A program made the position numbers and the translations under genes. The notes beneath the pieces are model-generated. The model saw only the letters and a list, made by a program, of their open reading frames with translations. It was not told the origin of the DNA and ran no database searches. This document shows positions 8,293-17,400 of a stretch of DNA of 25,710 nt, piece by piece; the first letter of the stretch is position 1; the number at the start of each line of letters is the position of its first letter. The stretch is taken from IMG/VR virus record IMGVR_UViG_3300025086_000209, positions 1 to 25,710 of that record; one strand, given 5' to 3'. This stretch comes from a virus (Duplodnaviria > Caudoviricetes).

Positions 8293-8961
8293 ATGGCAAC
8301 TGAAGTAGATATTTGCAATCTTGCCCTAGCTCATTTGGGTGATGATGCAACAATAGCTTCGCTAAATCCACCAGAAGGATCAGCACAAGCGGAAAAAGCT
8401 GCACGTTTTTATCCAATTGCTAGAAACAATTTGTTAGAAATGTATAATTGGAATTTTGCAGCAAAACGTGAAAATTTAGCATTAACTACAAATACTCTTG
8501 ACCAATGGGATTATGCATACGCAGCACCTGCGGATATGATGAATCCTGTTGCAATAATATCTCCTACAGCACAAAACGATTACGCTACAAGAATGTCTGC
8601 TGGTGATACTCCGGGAGGAATAACATCTAACTATGCACCAACAATTGTGGCAGGCCAATATTCACCACAACAATTTGCAGTAGAAGGAGCGTATATTTAT
8701 ACAAATCAAGAAAATGCAATGTTGAGATATCAAGCATATATAACTGACCCATCGTTATTTTCTCCTTTATTTGTAACTACATTGTCATGGCATCTAGCAT
8801 CAATGCTGGCAGGGCCTATTATAAAAGGAGATCAAGGAGCAGCAGAAGCAAAACGTAGTATACAAATGATGCAAGGATATTTAACACAAGCAAAACAATC
8901 AGACAATTTACATCGAGATATTACGGTAGAACATATAGTTCCTTGGACTTCTGGGAGGTAA
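8293..8961 (+). CDS. Head-tail adaptor / tail tubular protein A (T7 gp11-like)
   Basis: EVDICNLALAHLG, WNFA.KR..L, W.YAY..PAD and FSPLF...LSW.LA motifs. AGGAG RBS. Confidence 0.9.
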   Translation: MATEVDICNLALAHLGDDATIASLNPPEGSAQAEKAARFYPIARNNLLEMYNWNFAAKRENLALTTNTLDQWDYAYAAPADMMNPVAIISPTAQNDYATRMSAGDTPGGITSNYAPTIVAGQYSPQQFAVEGAYIYTNQENAMLRYQAYITDPSLFSPLFVTTLSWHLASMLAGPIIKGDQGAAEAKRSIQMMQGYLTQAKQSDNLHRDITVEHIVPWTSGR

Positions 8962-8964
8962 TCA

Positions 8965-11433
8965 ATGCCAGTTACACGCACGTTTGCTAGAGCATTTTCT
9001 GGAGGTGAGATATCACCAGAAATGTTTGGTCGTATTGATGACGCTAAGTATCAGCAAGGCGCAGCAAAATTGCTTAATTTTATTGCCAAACCACAAGGGC
9101 CAGCAGAAAACAGGCCGGGGTTTGCATTTGTTAAAGAAGTAAAAGACAGTACAAAAGCAACAAGGTTATTATCTTTTACATTTTCTACTGTGCAAACAAT
9201 GGTAATTGAAATGGGTAATACCTATTTTAGATTCCATACACAAGGTCAAACATTACTTTATTCAGACGGTTCAGCATGGAATAACAGCACTAATTATGTA
9301 GTTGGTGATATAGCTAAATATAGCGGTACAAATTATTACGCAAAAACAGCGCACTCAGGTAGCCAACCACCAAACTCTACAAATTGGTATGCATTACCTG
9401 CGGACATGACATATGAAATACCATCACCATATTTAGAAGCAGAATTATTTGATATACATTATGTACAATCTGCTGACGTTATGACAATTGTGCATCCTAA
9501 TCATGCACCACAAGAACTAAGAAGATTAGGTGCAACTAGATGGGAATTAAAAACAATAAGTTTTACTAGTACTTTGACAGCACCAACAGGTGTGTCTGTT
9601 ACTCCATATATACCTACATCAAGTAGTACAAATACAGATACTTATGAAGCTCATGTTTATGTTGTAACTGCTGTTGCTTCTAATTTAGTTGATGAAAGTG
9701 CAGCATCTAATTCTGGATCAGGAAATAATAATATTTTTGTTACAGGTGCAAAAAATACAATTTCATGGAACGCAGTTACTGGTGCATCCAGATATAGAGT
9801 TTATAAAGAACAGGGTGGTATTTTTGGTTTTTTAGGAGAATCAACTGGAACAACTATTGTTGATAATAATATTGCACCAGATTTTTCTAGAACAACACCT
9901 ATTTATGAAAATGAATTTGTAGGTACTGGTAATTTCCCCGGTGCGGTATCTTATTTTGAACAACGTAGAGTTTTTGCAGGTACGAATAATGAACCGCAAA
10001 GTATTTTTATGACAAAATCAGGAACTGAAAGCAATATGTCTTTTGGTTTACCGATAGCTGATGATGACCGTATTAAGTTTCAAGTAGCTGCTCGTGAAGC
10101 AAATACCATTAGGCATATAGTTCCGTTAACAAATTTACTGTTACTTACAGGATCAGCAGAATGGCGCATTACATCTGTTAATAGTGACGCTATAACACCA
10201 ACATCTATATCAGTAAAACCACAGTCATATGTTGGTGCTAATAATGCACAACCAGTAATTGTAAATAACAGCATGGTTTATTGTGCATCTCGTGGTGGTC
10301 ATGTAAGAGAACTTGGTTATAACTGGCAAGCTAATGGATTTATTACAGGAGATCTATCTCTTCGTGCGCCACATTTATTTGATAATTTAACAATTACAGA
10401 TATGGGTTTAGCAAAAGCTCCTATGCCTATTGTTTGGTTTGTTAGCAGTAACGGTAAATTAATTGGTCTTACATATGTCCCAGAACAAACAATAGGAGCA
10501 TGGCATCAACATGATACAGATGGTAAATTTGAAAGCGTTGCAACAGTTTCTGAAGGTAATGATGATGTTTTATATGCAGTTATACAAAGAACTATAAATG
10601 GTGCTAGTAAAAGATACATAGAACGTATGGGTACAAGATTATACGACAATCAACGTGATAGCTTTTTTGTTGACGCAGGTGCAACTTATAATGGTACAAA
10701 TACAGATGCTAGTCGTACTGTAACTATTTCTGCCGGTACAAATTACACAAGAGGTGAAAGCGTTACGATAACTGCTAATTACAATTTATTTAATGCACCA
10801 CCTAGTACTGATGATATTGGCGATGCAATTGTTTTACTAGACGGCACAAATTATTACAGATGCAATATTGTTTCTACTACAAGTGCAACAGTAGCAACTG
10901 TTAAACTAGACGTAGATTTACCAGCAAGTTTACGAAATACAGGACTAACAAATTTTGAAGTTGCAAGAAATGTTTTTACTGCTGGATTATCACATTTAGA
11001 AGGCAAGACAGTAAGCATTTTGGCTGATGGTGCTGTGCATCCACAAAAAGTAGTTTCTAGTGGTTCTGTTACCTTAGACCGTGCTTCTAGTGTTGTTCAT
11101 ATAGGTTTGCCATATAACAGCGATTTGCAGACGTTACCTTTGGCATTACAAACAGAAGCTTTTGGTCAAGGCCGTGTAAAAAATCTAAATCATATTTGGT
11201 TGCGTGTTTTAGAAAGTTCTGGAATATTTGCTGGCCCTACTGCTGATAAATTAGTAGAAGCAAAACAACGTACAACAGAACCATATGGAACTCCACCAAA
11301 TTTAAAAACGGAAGATATAAAAATTATGTTAACTCCAGCATGGCAAGATACAGGACAAATTTTTGTAAGACAAACTGATCCATTACCTTTAACTGTTGTA
11401 GGTGTAACTTTAGAAGTTGCTATTGGTGGATAG
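8965..11433 (+). CDS. Tail nozzle / tail tubular protein B (T7 gp12-like)
   Basis: FSGGEISP.MFGR.D, YVQSADV, FPGAVSYFEQR..FAG, AWHQH.T.G and GLSHLEG motifs, 822 aa. Confidence 0.93.
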   Translation: MPVTRTFARAFSGGEISPEMFGRIDDAKYQQGAAKLLNFIAKPQGPAENRPGFAFVKEVKDSTKATRLLSFTFSTVQTMVIEMGNTYFRFHTQGQTLLYSDGSAWNNSTNYVVGDIAKYSGTNYYAKTAHSGSQPPNSTNWYALPADMTYEIPSPYLEAELFDIHYVQSADVMTIVHPNHAPQELRRLGATRWELKTISFTSTLTAPTGVSVTPYIPTSSSTNTDTYEAHVYVVTAVASNLVDESAASNSGSGNNNIFVTGAKNTISWNAVTGASRYRVYKEQGGIFGFLGESTGTTIVDNNIAPDFSRTTPIYENEFVGTGNFPGAVSYFEQRRVFAGTNNEPQSIFMTKSGTESNMSFGLPIADDDRIKFQVAAREANTIRHIVPLTNLLLLTGSAEWRITSVNSDAITPTSISVKPQSYVGANNAQPVIVNNSMVYCASRGGHVRELGYNWQANGFITGDLSLRAPHLFDNLTITDMGLAKAPMPIVWFVSSNGKLIGLTYVPEQTIGAWHQHDTDGKFESVATVSEGNDDVLYAVIQRTINGASKRYIERMGTRLYDNQRDSFFVDAGATYNGTNTDASRTVTISAGTNYTRGESVTITANYNLFNAPPSTDDIGDAIVLLDGTNYYRCNIVSTTSATVATVKLDVDLPASLRNTGLTNFEVARNVFTAGLSHLEGKTVSILADGAVHPQKVVSSGSVTLDRASSVVHIGLPYNSDLQTLPLALQTEAFGQGRVKNLNHIWLRVLESSGIFAGPTADKLVEAKQRTTEPYGTPPNLKTEDIKIMLTPAWQDTGQIFVRQTDPLPLTVVGVTLEVAIGG

Positions 11434-11466
11434 TGTGACCGTAAACAGATAAACTGTATGTATATT
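11432..11466 (+). promoter_or_regulatory. Putative phage promoter copy 3: AGTGTGACCGTAA-N16-TATATT
   Basis: Overlaps the nozzle stop codon. TATATT at 11461-11466 precedes the internal virion protein operon. Confidence 0.85.
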
Positions 11467-11510
11467 AGGAAAATAAGGAAGTGTTGAACTTATGACAACG
11501 AGGATAAAAA

Positions 11511-12083
11511 ATGGCTAAAAGTCAAAGTTTTATAGATAAAGTAGGTAATTTTGGTACTGCTATGGAAATTGGCGGTACGTTTACTGGTTTAGTTAATAAT
11601 TATTTTGCAGGGGAAACAGAAAAATATAAATTACAAACGCAAGGTTTAAATTTTAAACATCAACAAGCAATGGCTGCAATTAATGCAGATGCAATGGAGT
11701 TTGCATCGTTTAATATTTATAGACAATATGCACAACAAAAACAAAATTTAGGTATAGACCAACGTCAAAAACGAGGAAAAAGAAAAGTTAGCGTAGCGTC
11801 TAGAGGTGGTAAAGCAGGTTATGGAAGTTCTAGAGATGTTGAAGTTAGTAGAAGAGTTATAGATTTTATAGATAGAAAAACAATAGATGTTAATAGAGTA
11901 AAAGCTGCAAATGATATGAAAACAAGAGGTGTAGATGCCAAAATTCAAGCTGATATGTTAGGTGTATCAGCAGGGGCTATGTTTTCTAGTGCAAGTAATG
12001 TTAGCGGATTTATGAATGCAGCACCTAGTTTACTTACAGGTGTAAGTTCTCTTGCACAAAATTTTGTTAAAAGAAATTCTTAA
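11511..12083 (+). CDS. Internal virion/ejection protein (T7 gp14-like position)
   Basis: 190 aa with Gly/Ala-rich hydrophobic termini, a helical middle and VASRGG...G.GSS.DV motif. First gene after the nozzle. Confidence 0.75.
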   Translation: MAKSQSFIDKVGNFGTAMEIGGTFTGLVNNYFAGETEKYKLQTQGLNFKHQQAMAAINADAMEFASFNIYRQYAQQKQNLGIDQRQKRGKRKVSVASRGGKAGYGSSRDVEVSRRVIDFIDRKTIDVNRVKAANDMKTRGVDAKIQADMLGVSAGAMFSSASNVSGFMNAAPSLLTGVSSLAQNFVKRNS

Positions 12084-12092
12084 GAGGTAATT

Positions 12093-14459
12093 ATGCAAGT
12101 ACCAATGAATTTAACTCAAAATATCCAAGGTGGTGCGCCAGCATTATATAGTGGCGGTCAAGTTGCCACAATGAAAGATACAGTAAGTGGGGCAACTGCT
12201 AAATTAGCTCAAGCACAATCTAAAGCAGGGCAAGAATTTAATGCAATAAGAGATGAATTTCAACTTGCAAGAGATGATGCGGTCTTTAAAAAAGCGCACG
12301 CTGATTTTGCTAAAGAAGCAAATGAAATAAAATTTAAATATTTAGCATTAGAAAGTGAAGGTGCTGTACAAACAGTAGGAACCAATCCAGACACAAACCA
12401 ACCTATATCAATTTTAGACCAGCAAAAAAATGATATTGAAGCTATACGACAACAATACTTAGGAACTTTAGAAAACAGTAGACAAATAGAAGCATTTGAA
12501 ATTAAATCAGGAGCTACAAAAGAAACCATTTCCAACAGAATGGGAGTACATTATATAAGTGAAAATTCTAAGTTTTTAAAAAATTCGGCAATTGCTGATA
12601 TTGCTACGCAAACAAAAGAAGCAGGTGAAAATTATAAAGATTTTTTTGATTTAAATGGTGAATACAATGCATCTTTAACAGCAGCTTTGCAACTACAAAC
12701 AAAAGAAGATAACAGAATTGGATTATCACCAGACAGTCCAATTAGAAGAAATAATATGTTGCAAGTATGGGATAGTGTGCAATCAGCAGCTTTAGACACA
12801 ATGATAGCCGAAGGTGATTTTAAAACTGCATTTGCATTTTTGGAACGCAATTATAATCAATTAAATAAAATGTCACCTGCTACATATAAAAAATATAACC
12901 AAACAGTAAACTTGGCATATAAAAAACAAGTTAGTGAAAAGCAAGCAACTAATATTTTTAATTATCGTGGCAATCCAAATAGTGATGACCCTTTAAGTAA
13001 AATAAATTTTACGTTTCTTTTGTCTAGTAATCATGCAGCAGATGATGGACGTAATGCACCAACAACAAATGGCCTTAATGCATTAGACGGTCAAAATCCT
13101 GATTTAAGTGATACAGAAGCTAGTGAATATTGGTTTAATGCGTCTAAAGAATCTAAGTTTTTTAATGAAGAAACAGGAGTTATGAAAATAATTCCAGAAC
13201 ATCAAACAATGCAACTGTTTGCAATTCAAACACTTGGTGTAGAAAAAGCAGATTCTATATTTACAAAAGCTAAAACATTATCAGGAAAAGATGCCAGCAA
13301 TGAAGATATTATGAAAAATGTAGTTAAATTATTTAAAGAAGCACAAGAAAAAAAATTCTTTGGCAATGGTGAACACGTTGATTTAGTTAATAAAGATATA
13401 GATACAATATTAAAATATATTGATTACGACTATGCAAATAAAGTAATTGCTGGTGGTAAAGATGGATTATTTAATGACCGTAATGATGAATCAGGAATGC
13501 CAAAAAGAACTGATATGTTAGAGCTATTAAATGATGTAATAATAGATGATGAAAAATTAGAATATGCAAAAACAGAATTTAAAAAAGTATATGACGATCA
13601 GGAATCAATAAATGAAGGAGAGTATAAAAATTTAAAAGAAGAAATTTTTGCAACAGCTTTTTCTAGAGAAGGTGGTTATGCAGATGTAAACGAAGGTGAT
13701 TTTGCTAAATTAACACGAGAAGATCAAAGAATAGCAAAAAATGGACATCCAGAAAATTCAATAACAGATATATATAAAATGTTATTACAAAACCCAACAG
13801 AAACATTACCAGAAAATTTAGGCAAATATAGAGGTCAATTATCTAAAGCAGATTATAGAAAGTTTTTAGTAGAAGGAGAAAAAATAAAAAGTGGTGGAGA
13901 AAAAAAAGTTATAGCCGTATCAGGTGATGTAACGATGTTGCATAACACTATGAATAAATATAAATTACAAAAATTATATAAAGCTAAAAAAGGTAATAAA
14001 AATAATCAATCTTATATTGCAATACAACAAGCATGGCATGAAGAAATAAATTATATGCAAGAAATGCTAGAAAGAAAAGTAACTTATTCAGAAAAAGAAA
14101 ATGCTTTAGAAAAAATATTAATTGATAATGTTAACGTAGATAATAGAGATGAAAAGTTTTTAGGATTTATTGGTGGGTTCACTAATAAAAATAGAAATGT
14201 ATATTTTGAAGTTGATGACGATGACATGGACGATATATTTGTTGAGGTAACAACATCAGAAGGTGAATCTGTAAACATATATCCAAGTGAAATAGATCCA
14301 GATGAGGTTGTTCCATTAATTAGTGCAGCGTTACGTTCTAATGGTAGACCTGCAACACAAACTAATATTGCACAAATGTGGGTTGAATTTGGTAGGCCAA
14401 AAAATAAAGCGGATGCTATTAAATACAATGAAGAGTTAGAAGCATTAGCGGAGAAATAA
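12093..14459 (+). CDS. Internal virion/ejection protein (T7 gp15-like position)
   Basis: 788 aa, predominantly helical, MQVP start, GAGG RBS. Assigned by synteny. Confidence 0.7.
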   Translation: MQVPMNLTQNIQGGAPALYSGGQVATMKDTVSGATAKLAQAQSKAGQEFNAIRDEFQLARDDAVFKKAHADFAKEANEIKFKYLALESEGAVQTVGTNPDTNQPISILDQQKNDIEAIRQQYLGTLENSRQIEAFEIKSGATKETISNRMGVHYISENSKFLKNSAIADIATQTKEAGENYKDFFDLNGEYNASLTAALQLQTKEDNRIGLSPDSPIRRNNMLQVWDSVQSAALDTMIAEGDFKTAFAFLERNYNQLNKMSPATYKKYNQTVNLAYKKQVSEKQATNIFNYRGNPNSDDPLSKINFTFLLSSNHAADDGRNAPTTNGLNALDGQNPDLSDTEASEYWFNASKESKFFNEETGVMKIIPEHQTMQLFAIQTLGVEKADSIFTKAKTLSGKDASNEDIMKNVVKLFKEAQEKKFFGNGEHVDLVNKDIDTILKYIDYDYANKVIAGGKDGLFNDRNDESGMPKRTDMLELLNDVIIDDEKLEYAKTEFKKVYDDQESINEGEYKNLKEEIFATAFSREGGYADVNEGDFAKLTREDQRIAKNGHPENSITDIYKMLLQNPTETLPENLGKYRGQLSKADYRKFLVEGEKIKSGGEKKVIAVSGDVTMLHNTMNKYKLQKLYKAKKGNKNNQSYIAIQQAWHEEINYMQEMLERKVTYSEKENALEKILIDNVNVDNRDEKFLGFIGGFTNKNRNVYFEVDDDDMDDIFVEVTTSEGESVNIYPSEIDPDEVVPLISAALRSNGRPATQTNIAQMWVEFGRPKNKADAIKYNEELEALAEK

Positions 14460-14460
14460 C

Positions 14461-17400
14461 ATGGAAAATAATCCTTTTTTAAAATCATCAGAATTTACAC
14501 CAAATCAAAATTATGATGAGGAAGAAAATAATCCTTTTAATAAATACTTTGAACGTGAAAATGAAAAAAGAGAAGAATTATTAAAAGGAATGCTTAAATC
14601 TGTGTCAGAAAAAGATCCAGAAAGAACAGGAGAAGCACAAAGATTATCTAAAGAATTAAATTTACCAGAAGGTGTAGGGTTAGATAGTGACGAAGCATTT
14701 AAACTTTTAAAACAAAAAAATCAAGAACAAAGTATAAGCCGAAGAAAATTAGCACAAACTAATCCAGTATTATTAAAACAATTAAATGATAGAAATTTTG
14801 CAGCTTTAGCCCATGATGATATACCAAATTTAGACAAATTCCCTAGTTTATTTGATGCAGTAAAAGGAACACCATCAAATATATCACAAGGATTAGAAGC
14901 AGGTAAATTAGACCACGAAATAGGACAATTAGGTTATTTGTTAAAAGACGGTTTTTTAGATAAAGATTTGCCAGATGGTTTTGCAGAATTTGTTACAGGC
15001 GGTAATTTTATTGGTGATAAAAATGAAATTAGAGAATTAATAAAAGAAAAAGAAGCAAGAAGAGCAGAATTAGCAGCCGATGGTTCTGGTTTTTTTGAAA
15101 GCTCTGCAAGGTTTTTAGGACAGCAATGGCAAACAATTCCATCTGCAACAGCATTTGGTATAGGTTCTGCAAAACTTGCTGGTAAAAGCCCATTGCTTGC
15201 AGGTCTCAGTTTTGGTGGTGGTTTTGCTACGAAAATGGCAATTGATGGCAATATAGTTAGTCAAGGTCATTCATATTTAGAATATATAAATACACCGGGA
15301 ATTGATGAAGAACAAGCAGCTATATATTCAGAAGGTGTTGGTATATTAAATGCCGGTTTAGAATATTTAGGTTTTAGATTTGCAACAGCACCTGCAAGAC
15401 AATTTATAAAAAATAGAATATTAAAAGCAGGTGGTGCAAAAATTGCAAAAGAATTAACAAAACCAACTACTAGAGCAGCATTTAATACTTATGGAAAACA
15501 AGTACTAGGCGCAATTTTAGGTGAAGCTAATACTGAAGTTGGACAAGAAGCTGTTCAAGTATTAGGTTTAGAATTGTCTAAAAAATTTAGTGAAGCAGAA
15601 TTAGAATCATTGTTTGCAACTCCAGAAGGCTGGAAAGAAATAGGAAACAGAATGGGAACTACATGGTTAGAAACAGTAAAAGGTATGACATTAATAGGTT
15701 TAGCAGGTGGAAGTGGCAACTTTTATGTAAATTTATCTGACGCAAAAAAATCAGTAAAAGAAACTGCATTTATTGAAAAAATTAATGAAGAAGCAAAAAA
15801 AAGCAAAGTAAAAAAAAGAAATCCAGATAAGTTTGAAAATTACATACAAGAAGTTGCTGATGGAAAAGAAATATCTAACTTTTATGTAGACGCAGTTGTA
15901 TTTAATCAACAGTTAAAAGATAGTGGTATTAGTGTTGAGCAACTAGAATTAGTGTTGCCAGAAGTAGCAGACTCTGTAAAAGATATAGAAAAAAGTGGAG
16001 GTGTAGGTGAAATTGAAATTCCTGTAGGTAAATATGGAGCTAAATTAGCAGGTACAAATTTTGGTGAATTGTTAAAACCTAATATACGTGTTTTTAGAAA
16101 AAGTAAAAGTCAATTAGAAGCTGCTGCAATTTTGAAAGAGCAAGATGCAGAACAAGCAACATTTAGAGATATGATAATGAAACAAAAACAAGCAACAGAA
16201 AAATTAGAAAACGAAACAACACAAATAAAAGAAGCAATACAACAACAACTAAAAGACACAAAATTATATTCACCTAATCAGGTCAACCTGATGTCTACAT
16301 TACCTCGTGATTTTATTTCAACAATTGCAGAAGATTTAGGTGTATCACCTAGAGAAATATTTAATAAATATTACTACAACATAGAAATGACCGATAATTT
16401 AAATATTCCTACAAGGTCATTATTTGATCAAAATGGTTTAGTAAAAATTGACACACCACAATTTAAAGAATTTTTTGGAAAATCAAAATTAAAAAATGCA
16501 GATGGTACACCACAAGTTGTATATCACGGAACTGTTGATAGTATTGATCGTTTTGATTTAGACAGTCCAAACAGATTAGATGCAGGTTATTTAGGTACTG
16601 GTGTTTATTTAACTGATAGCAAAAGTTTGGCACAAATATATGCCAGAAATAAACAATCAAAAATAAACTCAGGCAGATTAAAATCTAATGATAGCGGTGC
16701 AAAAATAATGGAATTATATGCACGATTAGAAAATCCATACAAAGCTACTATGGAAGAAAAAATACAAATACGTAATGGTGGCCGTGCAGCATCAAATGCT
16801 TTTAGAGATAAATTAGAAGCGGAAGGATATGACGGTGTAATAATGCCAGTATTAGATGGTCAAGAAATAGTTGTATTTAATACTAAAGCAGTAAAATCTA
16901 TAGAAAATAGCGGTACATGGTCATTAGAAACTGACAACCTTTACAAACAAGATTTGCAATTATTTGCACAAAGAACAAAAGAACAATCTAAAGGTAAGTT
17001 AGTACCACAAGCTGTATTTCAGTTAGCAAGAATTGTAGAAAATTTTGACTTTGCAAAAAGTAAACCGTTTGCAACTAACCGACAATTTAAATTAGAAATA
17101 CAAAACCGTGTAAAAAATGAAGCTAAAAAAGGTGGTGTTGATGTTTCTAAATTTACAGCGGAAGTAGAAAAATATCTTGTACAAACTTTATTGGCAGATG
17201 CAAATTATGCATTAATAGAAAATCCAAATGCAATAGGTTGGTATAACGAAAAAGTAACTAAAGCAATACGTTTACTTTCTCTTGTATATCCAAAACTAGC
17301 TACTGATACTAGACATGGTTTTATTTTTAAATGGGCGTTAGCAACAACAAGTAATGGTATTAAAGTAGATAAAAACTTTGAATATGCAGCAGATGTATAT

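Noticed and set aside
11492-11518. Mini-ORFs overlapping starts downstream of promoters (MTTRIKNG* 11492, MWSN* 2060, MSN* 22943)
   Set aside because: TAATT(A)ATG is a recurrent start context here (2074, 2843, 4893, 5042, 12093, 22954), so stop/start overlaps arise by chance. Function cannot be supported without Ribo-seq.
13473-13483. Partial motif matches AATGACCGTAA (~13473) and GATGACCGTAT (~10063)
   Set aside because: They are intragenic, lack the GTGTG 5' part and have no TAnnnT at the 16-nt spacing.
13668-13679. EGGY motif as an active GH108 site
   Set aside because: It is not followed by the D.GG.T..GI pattern and lies downstream of the GH108-like segment, so it is likely coincidental.
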